Shown piece after piece: positions 37,290 through 47,469 of a DNA stretch of 64,000 bases. This DNA is from Actinomycetota bacterium (GTDB taxonomy: Bacteria; Actinomycetota; CADDZG01; JAHWKV01; JAOPZY01). Location: contig DASTWV010000062.1 of NCBI GenBank assembly GCA_035765775.1, positions 6,887-70,886 on the forward strand, given 5' to 3'. A program made the position numbers and the translations under genes. The stretch's first letter is position 1. Each line of letters begins with the position of its first letter. The notes under the pieces are model-generated. The model was not told the origin of the DNA. It did not search any database and worked only from the letters and a program-made list of their open reading frames with translations.

Positions 37290-37316
37290 TTAGCACTCTG
37301 GAGGTTTGAGTGCTAA
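37290..37316 (+). promoter_or_regulatory. CIRCE operator (HrcA binding site)
   Basis: TTAGCACTC-tggaggttt-GAGTGCTAA is a perfect match to the consensus TTAGCACTC-N9-GAGTGCTAA. It lies 40 nt upstream of groES. Confidence 0.92.
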
Positions 37317-37355
37317 CCGACACCACAGGGTTCGAATACCAAGAGGAGGTACGGA

Positions 37356-37640
37356 ATGAAGCTGCGGCCACTAGGCGACCGGGTACTGGTCCGGGTCGAG
37401 GACACCGAGCAGGCCTTGCCCTCCGGGCTGGTCATCCCAGACACCGCCAAGGAGAAGCCCCAGGAGGGCGTCATCGTCGCGGCCGGTCCGGGCGCCTACC
37501 ACGAGGGCACGCGGATCCCGCTGGACGTCAAGGAAGGCGACAAGGTCATCTTCTCCAAGTACGGCGGCACCGAGGTGAAAGTGGATGGCGAGGACCTGCT
37601 GATCCTGTCCGAGCGGGACATCCTCGGGGTGATCAGCTAA
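37356..37640 (+). CDS. groES: co-chaperonin GroES
   Basis: It has [46 protein letters not shown]... Confidence 0.97.
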   Translation: MKLRPLGDRVLVRVEDTEQALPSGLVIPDTAKEKPQEGVIVAAGPGAYHEGTRIPLDVKEGDKVIFSKYGGTEVKVDGEDLLILSERDILGVIS

Positions 37641-37665
37641 CCGTCACGACCCAGCTGCTCGGTTG

Positions 37666-37692
37666 AAGGCCCCGCTCCGGCGGGGCCTTTTC
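37666..37692 (+). terminator. rho-independent terminator after groES
   Basis: An 8-bp stem ggccccgc/gcggggcc (37668-37675 and 37680-37687) with a 4-nt loop, followed by TTTTC. Confidence 0.7.
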
Positions 37693-37852
37693 GCGTCTCC
37701 GGTGCGGCCCGGTCTGCCTCGCCCGCGCAATGCGCCGAGATTGAACTCTTCAGCGGATGGGAATATCGCTCATCAGGCGTGGTCGCGCGCGAGCACAGCC
37801 ACGCCGCAACGGAGGGGCCGGGTCGCGGCCCCCGGGTGAAAGGAGTGGGCCT

Positions 37853-38866
37853 GTGCGGCATCGTCTGGTGCTCTTCGTGGTGGTGGGGATGGTACTGGCT
37901 GGCTGTTCGAAGTCCACGACCTCGACGAACAATTCACCGGGGAGTTCCAGCGCCCCGCCCCCGAGCCCGACGCCCACCGCCGCCTCGCTCACGCTACAGC
38001 AGATGCCCACCGGCACCGCCACCCTGACCTGGGACCCGACCACCAAGGTGATCAGCGCAACGGTCAACATGGTCGGCTTCACGCCCGGCAGCGCCCACGC
38101 CATGCACATCCACACCGGGAGCTGCCTCAACCAGGTGAACCCGCCGGTGATCCCCTTCCCCGACCTGACGGCGAATGCAGCCGGGGCAGTGAGCGAGACG
38201 GTGAAGTCCACCGCGGTGGCCGGCGGGATCCCCGCCAGCGGCTACCTGAACGTCCACCTGGCGCCCGGCGCCCAGTTGGGGAGCCCGGGCTCGACGAGCT
38301 TCACGCCCATCGCCTGCGCCGACCTGCCGACCAGCACCGCCACAGGGGCCACAGGGGCCACGGGGGCCACGGGGGCCACGGGCACGGCGACCCCGACCTC
38401 CACCTCGTCCTCGACCTCCACGGCCACGCCTACCAGCACGGCCAGGCCTACCAGCACGGCGTCGACCAGCTCCAAGACCGGACCCATCACGCTCACGATG
38501 CAGGCCCTCCCCCAGCCCGGCCAGCACCCCCAGGGCACCGTCAGTGACCACTACGACGCCACTGCCCACACGCTCACCGTGAACATCAACGCCACCGGGC
38601 TGCCCACCAGCACGGCCCACGCCGCCCACGTCCACTCCGGATCGTGCGCCGCCCAGGGCCCGGTGGTCTACATGCTGAGTGACCTGATGGCGGACGCCAC
38701 GGGCAACGCCACGGGCAGCTCCACGGTGACCGGCGTCATGACCGCCCCGCCGGCCACCGGCTGGTACGTCAACGTGCACATGGGGTCGGGCGCCGCCATA
38801 ACCACGCCCAACGGGCAGCCGACGCTGGTGTTCCAGCCCATCCTCTGCGTGGATCTGCCCGGGTAG
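37853..38866 (+). CDS. lipoprotein with two CHRD-like domains joined by a Thr/Ser/Ala/Gly linker
   Basis: The GTG at 37853 lies 8 nt after AAAGGAG. It has a signal peptide plus lipobox VVVGMVLAGC|S. The two homologous halves contain GSAHAMHIHTGSC...GYLNVHLAPG...PIACADLP and TAHAAHVHSGSC...GWYVNVHMGSG...PILCVDLPG. A SodC-like fold cannot be excluded. Confidence 0.6.
   Translation: MRHRLVLFVVVGMVLAGCSKSTTSTNNSPGSSSAPPPSPTPTAASLTLQQMPTGTATLTWDPTTKVISATVNMVGFTPGSAHAMHIHTGSCLNQVNPPVIPFPDLTANAAGAVSETVKSTAVAGGIPASGYLNVHLAPGAQLGSPGSTSFTPIACADLPTSTATGATGATGATGATGTATPTSTSSSTSTATPTSTARPTSTASTSSKTGPITLTMQALPQPGQHPQGTVSDHYDATAHTLTVNINATGLPTSTAHAAHVHSGSCAAQGPVVYMLSDLMADATGNATGSSTVTGVMTAPPATGWYVNVHMGSGAAITTPNGQPTLVFQPILCVDLPG
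38342..38383. repeat. 9-bp tandem repeat (about 4.5 copies) inside the lipoprotein linker
   Basis: The copies are acaggggcc, acaggggcc, acgggggcc, acgggggcc and acgggc, encoding (TGA)n. Confidence 0.85.
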
Positions 38867-38882
38867 CGCACGGGCGGTCGCC

Positions 38883-38913
38883 GGCCGGCCCCGGAGCGTC
38901 GGTGGGGCCGGCC
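38883..38913. terminator. GC-rich hairpin between convergent genes (possible bidirectional terminator)
   Basis: A 10-bp stem ggccggcccc/ggggccggcc (38883-38892 and 38904-38913) with an 11-nt loop. There is no U-tract on either side. Confidence 0.3.
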
Positions 38914-38929
38914 CGGCGGCCGGGCCGCC

Positions 38930-40141
38930 TTACGGCAGGTAGTTCATCGGGTTGTTGGGCACGCCGTTGATGCGGACCTCGAAGTGGAGGTGCGGCCCGG
39001 TGCAGTAGCCGGTGCAGCCCACGTCGCCGATCACCTCGCCCTGGCTGACGTGGCCACCGTCGATGATCTTGCGGCTCATGTGGGCGTACAGGGTCGATAC
39101 CCCATTGCCGTTGTCGATGATCGAGCAGATCCCGTATCCGGTCCCGCACGAGATGCTCAGCACCGTCCCGTCCTTGGCCGCATGGATGGGCGTGCCGGTG
39201 GACGCGCCGATGTCGATCCCGTAGTGGAAGCCGCCCCGGCGGGGGCCGAAGGGCGAGGTGATCGGCCCGTGCACCGGCCAGGCCAGGCCGGCCCCGGAGA
39301 CGGCGCCCGAGCCGTGCGAGAGCGAGGCGTCGTTCTCCAGGGCGTTGGTCAGGTCGACCGACTCCTGGGTGAGCTCCTGCTCGTCCTTCAACTCCTGGGT
39401 GATCTCGGCGTTGACCGCGTCCAGGGCGGCCTGGCGCTGGGCCTTGGCACCGTTCAACAGGTCGCCCCGGGCACTGAGGGCGCCCTCCTTCGCCTGCAGG
39501 GCGCTCTCGGATGCCTGCAGATCGGCCTGCTCCACGCCGATGGCGTCCTTCAGGCGCCGGGTCTGGATCATCACCTTGGCATCGATCTGCGAGGCGATCT
39601 GCCACACCACGGTCTGGCGCTCCAGCTGGCCGATCGAGCGGGCGGACAGCAATGAGGTGAGCGTCTGGGCCGGGCCCGCCTCGTAGATGCTGCGGGCACG
39701 CGTGTCAGCCGCCGCCTGCGCGCTCTGCTCCTGGGACTGGAGCTGGGCGATCTGGGCGTTGTCAGTGGCGATGTCGCTTTTCAGGTTGTACACCGACTGG
39801 GTGTTGACCCCCAGCTGGCGGTTCAGGGTGTCGATCTGCTTGTTCAGGGCCGCGACCTGCGACTGGATCACCGACTGCTTGCCTTTGGACGCCGCCAGCT
39901 TCTTTTCGATCGCGGCGAGCTGCGCCCGAGTCTGGTCCAGCTGGCTCTGGTCACTGCCGCTGCTGGCGCCCGCGGGCGCAGCCACCACAACCAGGCCGAG
40001 CAGGGCAATGGCGACCGACCAGGTCGTCAACGTCCGGAGGAATGCCCGCGTGGGCCCGGGAAGGCGCCCAGATGGGCGCGCGAAAACGCCGTGGGGCTGC
40101 ATGCGGGAGCCACGGTAGCGGCGCGCCGCGAGCCCTGTCAA
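38930..40141 (-). CDS. M23 family peptidoglycan metalloendopeptidase with N-terminal coiled coil
   Basis: The C-terminus GIDIGASTGTPIHAAKDGTV...STLYAHMS...GCTGYCTGPHLHFEVRING carries M23 HxxxD/HxH motifs. It has a long Q/A-rich coiled-coil region and a signal/TM segment WSVAIALLGLVVVAAPAGA. An alternative start lies at 40102 (MQPHG). Confidence 0.88.
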   Translation of the reverse strand: MTGLAARRYRGSRMQPHGVFARPSGRLPGPTRAFLRTLTTWSVAIALLGLVVVAAPAGASSGSDQSQLDQTRAQLAAIEKKLAASKGKQSVIQSQVAALNKQIDTLNRQLGVNTQSVYNLKSDIATDNAQIAQLQSQEQSAQAAADTRARSIYEAGPAQTLTSLLSARSIGQLERQTVVWQIASQIDAKVMIQTRRLKDAIGVEQADLQASESALQAKEGALSARGDLLNGAKAQRQAALDAVNAEITQELKDEQELTQESVDLTNALENDASLSHGSGAVSGAGLAWPVHGPITSPFGPRRGGFHYGIDIGASTGTPIHAAKDGTVLSISCGTGYGICSIIDNGNGVSTLYAHMSRKIIDGGHVSQGEVIGDVGCTGYCTGPHLHFEVRINGVPNNPMNYLP

Positions 40142-40192
40142 GGTGATAGCCTCCCCGGCCTCAGTCAGCGCTTCCCGTCAGGTGGTCTGCGC

Positions 40193-40555
40193 GTGCCCAC
40201 ATTCCACAAGCTGATCGGCGGGGCCCTCATTGCGATCTTCTTCGTTCTGTTCGTGTGGGGCACCCTGTTCTGGATCCGCAACAAGGACCCCGGCCCCGGC
40301 TTCTGGGGCCTGCTGGCGGTGGGCCAGGTGGCCATCGGGATCCAGGTGGTGGCCGGGATCATTCTGCTGCTCCTGGGCAACCGCCGGCCCTGGCTGCACT
40401 ACTCCTACGGCGGCTTCACGGTGCTGGTGCTCTATGTCGCCCACCGGGTGGCCAAGAGGTTCACCGGCGTCGAGTGGGCGGTGTTCGGCGTCGCGTCCCT
40501 CTTCGTCACCGGCTTGCTGATCCGGGGCTACATGACGGGCATCGGCATGGGGTAG
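40193..40555 (+). CDS. small integral membrane protein (4 TM)
   Basis: The GTG at 40193 is in frame in track ORF 40091-40555. The translation is VPTFHKLIGGALIAIFFVLFVWGTLFW..., and no family was recognised. Confidence 0.5.
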   Translation: MPTFHKLIGGALIAIFFVLFVWGTLFWIRNKDPGPGFWGLLAVGQVAIGIQVVAGIILLLLGNRRPWLHYSYGGFTVLVLYVAHRVAKRFTGVEWAVFGVASLFVTGLLIRGYMTGIGMG

Positions 40556-40635
40556 GGCGCAGTCCGGTAAGGCGCAGTCTGACCTACCACACCTGGTATA
40601 AAAGAGCCCACCGACCACTACAGGAGCCACCACAC

Positions 40636-41796
40636 ATGGATCTCGAGATCGGCATTGGCAAGACGGCCCGGCGGGCCTACGGATTCGACGACATCGCCAT
40701 CGTGCCCTCACGGCGGACCCGGGATCCCGACGACGTGGACCTGAGCTGGGAGATCGACGCCTACCGCTTCACCCTCCCGCTCATGGCCGCCGCCATGGAC
40801 GCCGTCGTGTCGCCCTCCTCGGCCGCCGAGATCGGCCGGCTGGGCGGGCTCGCCGTGCTGAACCTCGAGGGCCTGCAGACCCGCTACGAGGACGTGGACA
40901 CCGTCCTGGAAGAGATCGCCGCCGCCCCCAAGGAAACGGCGACTGCCCGCATGCAGGAGCTCTACACCGAGCCGATCAAGCCTGAGCTGATCCACAAGCG
41001 CATCGGCCAGATCAAAGAGGCGGGCGTCATCGCCGCCGCCAGCCTCACGCCCCAGGCGGTGACGAAGTACGCCTCGCTGGTGACCGAGGCCGACCTGGAC
41101 ATCCTCATCATCCAGGGCACCGTGGTGTCGGCCGAGCACCTCTCGGCGCACACCGAGCCCCTGGACCTGAAGAAGTTCATCGCCACCTACGACCTGCCGG
41201 TGATCGTCGGCGGATGCGCCTCGTACCAGGCCGGGCTGCACCTGATGCGCACCGGAGCGGTCGGCGTCCTCGTGGGCGTCGGCCCCGGTGCCGCGTGCAC
41301 CTCCCGCCAGGTCCTGGGCATCGGGGTACCGCAGGCCACCGCCATCGCCGACGTGGCCGCCGCCCGGATGCGCCACCTGGACGAGAGCGGACGCTACGTG
41401 CAGGTGATCGCCGACGGCGGCATGCGCACCGGCGGCGACATCGCCAAAGCCATCGCGTGCGGCGCCGATGCGGTCATGATCGGCTCCCCGCTCACCCGGG
41501 CCGCCGAGGCCCCGGGGCGCGGCTACCACTGGGGGATGGCGAGCTTCCACTCCTCGCTACCCCGCGGGGTGCGGGTGGAGTCGGGCATGGCGGGGAGCCT
41601 CGAGGAGATCCTCTACGGCCCGGCCAAGGTCAATGACGGCACCATGAACCTCTTCGGCGCCCTCAAGTTCTCCATGGCCACCTGCGGCTACGCCTCCATC
41701 AAGGAGTTCCAGAAGGCCGAGATCGTGATCGCCCCGGCCATCACCAGCGAGGGCAAGTTCCTGCAGCGCCAGCAGGGAGTGGGCCAGGGCGCCTGA
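40636..41796 (+). CDS. guaB3: GuaB3-type IMP dehydrogenase family protein (no CBS insert)
   Basis: The ATG at 40636 is in frame in track ORF 40255-41796. It has [28 protein letters not shown]...[12 protein letters not shown]...[27 protein letters not shown]. Confidence 0.88.
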   Translation: MDLEIGIGKTARRAYGFDDIAIVPSRRTRDPDDVDLSWEIDAYRFTLPLMAAAMDAVVSPSSAAEIGRLGGLAVLNLEGLQTRYEDVDTVLEEIAAAPKETATARMQELYTEPIKPELIHKRIGQIKEAGVIAAASLTPQAVTKYASLVTEADLDILIIQGTVVSAEHLSAHTEPLDLKKFIATYDLPVIVGGCASYQAGLHLMRTGAVGVLVGVGPGAACTSRQVLGIGVPQATAIADVAAARMRHLDESGRYVQVIADGGMRTGGDIAKAIACGADAVMIGSPLTRAAEAPGRGYHWGMASFHSSLPRGVRVESGMAGSLEEILYGPAKVNDGTMNLFGALKFSMATCGYASIKEFQKAEIVIAPAITSEGKFLQRQQGVGQGA

Positions 41797-41797
41797 G

Positions 41798-43354
41798 ATG
41801 GCGCCCGAAGCCTTCGACACCGTCCTGGTCGTCGATTTCGGCGCGCAGTACGCCCAGCTCATCGCCCGCCGGGTGCGGGAGTGCCGGGTGCGCTCCGAGA
41901 TCGTGCCCGCCTCGATCTCCCCCGCCGAGGTCCGCCGCCGGGCGCCCAAGGGCCTGATCTTCTCCGGGGGGCCCAAGAGCGTCTACGAGCCCGGTGCCTA
42001 CCAGGCCGACCCCGGCCTCTTCGACCTGGGCATCCCGGTCCTGGGCATCTGCTACGGGCACCAGCTGATGGCCGCCACCCTGGGCGGCGAGGTGGCCCGG
42101 GGCCAGGCGGGCGAGTACGGCCGGACGTCGGTGTCGCTCACCGGCGGTCTGCTGTTCGAGGGCCTGGCGGAGGCCCAGACCGCATGGATGAGCCACAACG
42201 ACGGCGTGGTCACCCCGCCGGAGGGATTCCGGGCCACCGCTTCCAGCCCGGGCGCGGCCGTGGCGGCCATGGAGGACCCGGCCCGGGGCCTCTTCGGCGT
42301 GCAGTTCCATCCCGAGGTGGCCCACACGCCCAACGGCACCGAGGTGCTGAAGAACTTCCTCTACAAGGCGTGCGACTGCCTGCCCTCGTGGACCGCCACC
42401 GGCGTGATCGAGGCGCAGCTGGAAGCGGTGCGGGCCCGGGTCGGGGACCACCGGGTGGTGTGCGGCCTGTCCGGCGGGGTGGACTCCGCCGTGGCCGCCG
42501 CCCTGGTCCACCGGGCGGTGGGCGATCGCCTCACCTGCATCTTCGTGGACCACGGCCTGCTCCGGGCGGGCGAGGCCGAGCAGGTGGTGGACACTTTCGG
42601 CGGCCACCTCAACATCGACCTGGTGCACGTGAAGGCGGCCGACCGTTTCCAGGAGCGCCTCGCCGGGGTCACCGATCCCGAACAGAAACGCAAGGTGATC
42701 GGTGTCGAGTTCATCCGGGTCTTCGAGGAGGCGGCCCGCGACATTGCCGGCTCCGAGGCCGCTGCCCCGTTCCTGGTCCAGGGCACGCTGTACCCCGACG
42801 TGATCGAGTCCGGTGGTGCCAGCGGTGTGGCCGCCCGGATCAAGACCCACCACAATGTCGGGGGCCTGCCCGACGACATGGCCTTCGAGCTGGTCGAACC
42901 GCTGCGGGACCTGTTCAAGGACGAGGTCCGCAAGGTGGGCGAGGAGCTGGGCCTCCCGGAGGAGATCGTGTGGCGCCAGCCCTTCCCCGGGCCGGGCCTG
43001 GCGGTGCGCATCCTGGGCGAGGTCACCCCCGAACGCCTGGCGATGGTGCGGGCGGCGGACGCCATCGTGGTGGGCGAGCTGCACCGGGCGGGGCTGTCCC
43101 GCCAGATCTGGCAGTCCTTCGCCGTGCTGCTGCCGGTGCGGACGGTGGGCGTGATGGGCGACGAGCGCACCTACGGCAACGTGGTGGCGGTGCGGGCGGT
43201 GGAGTCCGAGGACGCCATGACCGCCGACTGGGCCCGGGTCCCCCCCGAGGTGCTCGACGTCATCGCGGGCCGGATCGTGGCCGAGGTGCCGGGGGTGAAC
43301 CGGGTGGTGTACGACATCTCGTCGAAGCCCCCGGCCACCATCGAGTGGGAGTAG
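41798..43354 (+). CDS. guaA: GMP synthase (glutamine-hydrolysing)
   Basis: It has GATase motifs ICYGHQLM...FHPEV, the PP-loop [10 protein letters not shown] and the C-terminal ...[14 protein letters not shown]. Confidence 0.97.
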   Translation: MAPEAFDTVLVVDFGAQYAQLIARRVRECRVRSEIVPASISPAEVRRRAPKGLIFSGGPKSVYEPGAYQADPGLFDLGIPVLGICYGHQLMAATLGGEVARGQAGEYGRTSVSLTGGLLFEGLAEAQTAWMSHNDGVVTPPEGFRATASSPGAAVAAMEDPARGLFGVQFHPEVAHTPNGTEVLKNFLYKACDCLPSWTATGVIEAQLEAVRARVGDHRVVCGLSGGVDSAVAAALVHRAVGDRLTCIFVDHGLLRAGEAEQVVDTFGGHLNIDLVHVKAADRFQERLAGVTDPEQKRKVIGVEFIRVFEEAARDIAGSEAAAPFLVQGTLYPDVIESGGASGVAARIKTHHNVGGLPDDMAFELVEPLRDLFKDEVRKVGEELGLPEEIVWRQPFPGPGLAVRILGEVTPERLAMVRAADAIVVGELHRAGLSRQIWQSFAVLLPVRTVGVMGDERTYGNVVAVRAVESEDAMTADWARVPPEVLDVIAGRIVAEVPGVNRVVYDISSKPPATIEWE

Positions 43355-43580
43355 GCGCCCGCCGGGAGAGGCCTCGGTTTCTGTCTACACCCAGGGGTCC
43401 TAGGTGGCGGCCGATGTACACAGAATCGCGGTGACACTCGCAGGCGGGGCCGCAATCCCCGTGAACATCCAAACGATCCCGGGTGAGGTCCGCCACGGCA
43501 TCGGCGTGGGAGTCCACGGTCGCCCCCGCGGCCCCCGTCTCGGGCTCCGGCTGTCACACCCCCGCGGCATAATTCCATAG

Positions 43581-45791
43581 ATGGAATCCGCCCAGCTCGG
43601 GCTCGCCCTCGACGCCGGCCATCCGGACCGCCCGGACCGACCGGACCTCCTGGCCGGGCTCAACCCCGCCCAGCGGGAGGCGGCCGCCCATGGAGACGGC
43701 CCGCTGCTCATCGTGGCCGGGGCGGGGAGCGGCAAGACCGCAGTCCTCACCCGGCGCATCGCCCATCTGGTCCGGGACCGGGACGTCCACCCGTTCGCCA
43801 TCCTGGCCATCACGTTCACCAACAAGGCCGCCGGGCAGATGCGGGAGCGGGTGGAGGGGCTCATCGGCCCGGTGGTGAAGACGATGTGGGTGGGCACGTT
43901 CCACGCCATGTGCGCCCGGCTGCTGCGCCGGGAGGCGCCCCGGCTGGGCTATGCCTCCTCCTTCACGATCTACGACTCGGCGGACTCCGACCGCCTGGTC
44001 ACCCACATCCTGAAGGAGTCCGCCCTGGGGGCCGGGCGCTTCAAGCCCTCCCAGATCCGCCATCGGATCTCCCGGGCCAAAGACCAGCTCCTGGGCCCGG
44101 ACGACTGGGAGGCCAGCTCCGAGTGGCAGCTCCAGGTGATGGCGCCGGTGTTCCGGGAGTACCAGCGCCAGCTGGCCCAGGCCAGTGCGATGGACTTCGA
44201 CGACCTCATCGGCAACGCCGTGCGGGTCCTGCGCATGGACGACGTCCGGACGGTGTACCGCTCCCGCTGGGCGCACGTGCTGGTGGACGAGTTCCAGGAC
44301 ACCAACGCCGCCCAGTTCGAGCTGGTGTCGCTACTCAAGGCGCCGGACGGCAACATCTGCGTCGTCGGGGACATGGACCAGTCCATCTACGCCTTCCGGG
44401 GGGCCGACTACCGCAACCTGCTGGCCTTCGAGCAGGCCTTCCCCACGGCCCGCATCATCACGCTGGACCGCAACTACCGCTCCACGCAGAATATCCTCTC
44501 GGCCGCCAACGCCCTCATCGAGAACAACCGCCAGCGCAAACCCAAGAACCTGTGGACCGACCTGGGCGCCGGGGACCTGATCGGGCAGTACCTGGCCACC
44601 GACGAGCACGATGAGGCCGCTTTTGTGGCGGTCGAGGTGGACCGCCTCCGGGAGACCGAGGGGTACCGCTACCGGGACATGGCGGTTTTCTACCGGACCA
44701 ATGCCCAGTCCCGGGTCATCGAGGAGGTGTTCACCCGGTTCGGCATCCCGTACCGGGTGCTCGGCGGGCTGCGCTTCTACGAGCGCCGGGAGATCAAGGA
44801 CATCCTGGCCTACCTGCGGGTGGCGGTGAACACGGCGGACTCGGCCAGCATCCGGCGGGTGATCAACGTGCCCCGCCGGGGGGTGGGGGACAAGACCGTG
44901 CAGGCGGTGGACGCCCACGCCACCTTCCAGGGCATCACCCTGTACGAGGCCCTCGAGGACGCCGCCAACGGGGCCATCGAGGGGCTGTCCACCCGGGCCC
45001 TGGGGGGCCTGCGGGATTTCCTGGCGGTGATCGGCGAGGTGCGCGACCTGATCCACGAGGGGGCCGGGGCGACCCGGGTGATCGAGGCCGCCTGGGCGCG
45101 CAGCGGGTACCTGGCCGAACTGGAGGCCGACCGCTCCATCGAGGCCCTCGGCCGGGTGGAGAACCTCAAGGAGCTGGCCGTCGCCGCCGGGCAGTACGAG
45201 CTGACCGTCCCGGAGGCGACCCTGGCCGACTTCCTGGCCTCGGTGAGCCTGGTGAGCGAGCAGGACGAGTACGACGACGAGTCGTCCACTGTGTCGCTGA
45301 TGACGCTGCACAACGCCAAGGGGCTGGAGTTCCCCGTCGTGTTCATCACCGGGCTCGAGGAGGGCGTCTTCCCGCACATGCGCTCACTCGGCAGCCCCGA
45401 CGAGCTGGAGGAGGAGCGCCGTCTGGCCTACGTGGGCATCACCCGGGCCAAGGAGCGCCTCTACCTGGTTTACGCCCGGCAGCGCAACCTGTCGGGGCAC
45501 TTCGGCTACAACACGCCGTCGAAGTTCCTGGGCGAAATCCCGCCCGAGGTGATACGGGTGCTGGGCGACGCAGTGGTGTCGTCCTCCTCCCGCAACCCGC
45601 AGTTCCCCGATGTCGTGCGGGCGCAGGCGGGCTGGCGGGTGGGCCAGGCCGTCGAGCACGAGCGCTGGGGGGCCGGCGTCATTACGGCCCTGGCCGGGGC
45701 AGGCGCCAAGGCCGAGGCGAGCATCTGGTTCTCCGGGATCGGGGAGAAGCGCCTCCTGTTGGCGTATGCCCCTATCAAGGCGGCAGACTGA
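43581..45791 (+). CDS. pcrA: ATP-dependent DNA helicase PcrA/UvrD
   Basis: It has [35 protein letters not shown] and [15 protein letters not shown], plus other SF1 helicase motifs. Confidence 0.95.
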   Translation: MESAQLGLALDAGHPDRPDRPDLLAGLNPAQREAAAHGDGPLLIVAGAGSGKTAVLTRRIAHLVRDRDVHPFAILAITFTNKAAGQMRERVEGLIGPVVKTMWVGTFHAMCARLLRREAPRLGYASSFTIYDSADSDRLVTHILKESALGAGRFKPSQIRHRISRAKDQLLGPDDWEASSEWQLQVMAPVFREYQRQLAQASAMDFDDLIGNAVRVLRMDDVRTVYRSRWAHVLVDEFQDTNAAQFELVSLLKAPDGNICVVGDMDQSIYAFRGADYRNLLAFEQAFPTARIITLDRNYRSTQNILSAANALIENNRQRKPKNLWTDLGAGDLIGQYLATDEHDEAAFVAVEVDRLRETEGYRYRDMAVFYRTNAQSRVIEEVFTRFGIPYRVLGGLRFYERREIKDILAYLRVAVNTADSASIRRVINVPRRGVGDKTVQAVDAHATFQGITLYEALEDAANGAIEGLSTRALGGLRDFLAVIGEVRDLIHEGAGATRVIEAAWARSGYLAELEADRSIEALGRVENLKELAVAAGQYELTVPEATLADFLASVSLVSEQDEYDDESSTVSLMTLHNAKGLEFPVVFITGLEEGVFPHMRSLGSPDELEEERRLAYVGITRAKERLYLVYARQRNLSGHFGYNTPSKFLGEIPPEVIRVLGDAVVSSSSRNPQFPDVVRAQAGWRVGQAVEHERWGAGVITALAGAGAKAEASIWFSGIGEKRLLLAYAPIKAAD

Positions 45792-45891
45792 TCCCCCCGC
45801 TCGGTCCGGCCCGGGTACCGCCTGCGCCCAGCGGCGCCCCAACCTTGATTCGACTACCCTAGCGGTCTCGGCAGGGAGGGGCTGGGCAGCC

Positions 45892-46323
45892 GTGCCAGGA
45901 GTGGAGGATCGGATCCGCATCGTTCTGGCCAAGCCGGGGCTAGACGGGCACGACCGGGGGGTGAAGGTGGTCGCCAGGGCGTTGCGGGATGCGGGCATCG
46001 AGGTCATCTACACCGGGCTGCACCAAACGCCTGAGCAGATCGCCGAGGCGGCCATTCAGGAGGATGCTGACGCTGTGGGCCTTTCCTGCCTGTCCGGTGC
46101 CCACATGGTGCTGTTCCCCCGGGTGGTGGAGCTCCTCAAGGAGAAGGGATTCGGTGACGTGCCGGTGTTCGGCGGAGGCATCATCCCGCGGGAGGACGTC
46201 GAGCCGCTCAAGGCGGCGGGGATTGCCGAGATCTTCACCCCGGGGACCAACACCGCCGAAATCATTGCGTGGATCGACCGCACGCTGGGGCCGGACCGGC
46301 GCGGCACCTCGCGGGTCAACTGA
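45892..46323 (+). CDS. stand-alone cobalamin(B12)-binding domain protein (methylmalonyl-CoA mutase C-terminal-domain type)
   Basis: The GTG at 45892 is in frame in track ORF 45610-46323. It has [35 protein letters not shown]...[11 protein letters not shown], including the DxHxxG B12 motif. Its stop abuts the sucC GTG. Confidence 0.85.
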   Translation: MPGVEDRIRIVLAKPGLDGHDRGVKVVARALRDAGIEVIYTGLHQTPEQIAEAAIQEDADAVGLSCLSGAHMVLFPRVVELLKEKGFGDVPVFGGGIIPREDVEPLKAAGIAEIFTPGTNTAEIIAWIDRTLGPDRRGTSRVN

Positions 46324-47469
46324 GTGGACCTCTTGGAGCACCAAGGCAAGGAGCTATTTGCCCGAGCCGGGATCCCCGTCCCGGCGGGCCGCGTGGTGAC
46401 GTCGCCCGACGAGGCGGCAGAAGCGGCGGAGGTTCTCGGGGGCCGGGTGGCGATCAAGGCCCAGGTTCGCACCGGCGGCCGGGGCAAGGCGGGCGGGGTC
46501 AAGGTGGTGTCAGGCGGCCCCGACGCCCGGGCGGCGGCGGGCACGATCCTCGGGATGACGATCGGCTCTGAGGTGGTGGAGCGCCTGCTCATCGAACCCG
46601 CCGCCACGATCGAGGCCGAGTACTACACCGCTATCACGTTCGACCGGCGCTCGGGAGGCGCCCTGTTCCTCCTCTCGGCCCGCGGTGGCGTGGAGGTGGA
46701 GGCCGGCGGCGAGGCGTCGATGGCTGGGGCCCGCATCGACCCCCTGCTGGGCCTCGCGGACTTCCAGGTGCGCGCCCTGGTGTTCGGCGCCGGGATCGAT
46801 CCTCGGGCCCGGGGGGGCGCCCTGGCGCTGCTGCCCAAGCTCTACCGGGTGTTCGCCGAGAGCGACGCCACCCTGGTGGAGGTCAACCCCCTGGCGCTGA
46901 CGCCCGGCGGGCTGGTGGCGCTGGACGCCAAGGTCACCATCGACGACTCGGCGCTCTTCCGCCACCCGGACCTTGCCGCCTACCAGGGGGACCGCCCGGA
47001 CCGGCAGGAGGCGCTGGCCGCTGAGGCGGGCCTCAACTTCGTCAAGCTGGACGGCGACGTCGGCATCATCGGCAACGGCGCCGGGCTGGTGATGTCCACC
47101 CTGGACGTGGTGGCGCAGGCGGGCGGGGCACCGGCCAACTTCCTCGATGTCGGCGGTGGGGCCAGCGCCGAACAACTCGCCCGGGCACTCGGGGTGGTGC
47201 TGGCGGGGCCCCCGGGGGCGGTGCATGCCGTGCTGGTCAACATCTTCGGCGGTATCACCCGCTGCGACCTCGTCGCCCGGGGGATCCTCGAGGCGCTGGC
47301 CCGCACGCCCACCGAGGTCCCCATCGTGATCCGGCTGGAAGGCACCAACGCCGCCGAGGGGCGGGCCATCCTGGCGGAGGCCAACCACCCCCGGATCCGC
47401 ACGGCCGCCGGGATGATGGAGGCGGCGGCGGGCGCGGTGCAGGCGGCCCGGGAGCGGGCGGCGGCATGA
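46324..47469 (+). CDS. sucC: succinyl-CoA synthetase beta subunit
   Basis: It has VDLLEHQGKELFARAGIPVP...AIKAQVRTGGRGKAGGVKV...GNGAGLVMSTLD. Confidence 0.95.
   Translation: MDLLEHQGKELFARAGIPVPAGRVVTSPDEAAEAAEVLGGRVAIKAQVRTGGRGKAGGVKVVSGGPDARAAAGTILGMTIGSEVVERLLIEPAATIEAEYYTAITFDRRSGGALFLLSARGGVEVEAGGEASMAGARIDPLLGLADFQVRALVFGAGIDPRARGGALALLPKLYRVFAESDATLVEVNPLALTPGGLVALDAKVTIDDSALFRHPDLAAYQGDRPDRQEALAAEAGLNFVKLDGDVGIIGNGAGLVMSTLDVVAQAGGAPANFLDVGGGASAEQLARALGVVLAGPPGAVHAVLVNIFGGITRCDLVARGILEALARTPTEVPIVIRLEGTNAAEGRAILAEANHPRIRTAAGMMEAAAGAVQAARERAAA

Noticed and set aside
38342-38383. Short tandem repeats at 38342-38383, 6100-6162 and 58128-58164 as possible CRISPR arrays.
   Set aside because: They are head-to-tail repeats of 9-21 bp without unique spacers, and one lies inside a coding linker. 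No cas genes are present in the window.
40103-40192. A possible cyclic-di-AMP (ydaO-type) riboswitch upstream of the M23 cell-wall hydrolase gene, as occurs before some actinobacterial hydrolase genes.
   Set aside because: The leader is at most ~90 nt and shows none of the conserved ydaO core sequences.
40636-41796. Absence of guaB (guaB2) next to guaB3-guaA as a sign of gene loss.
   Set aside because: guaB can be encoded elsewhere. One window cannot establish absence, and guaB3-like genes are normal constituents of actinobacterial genomes.
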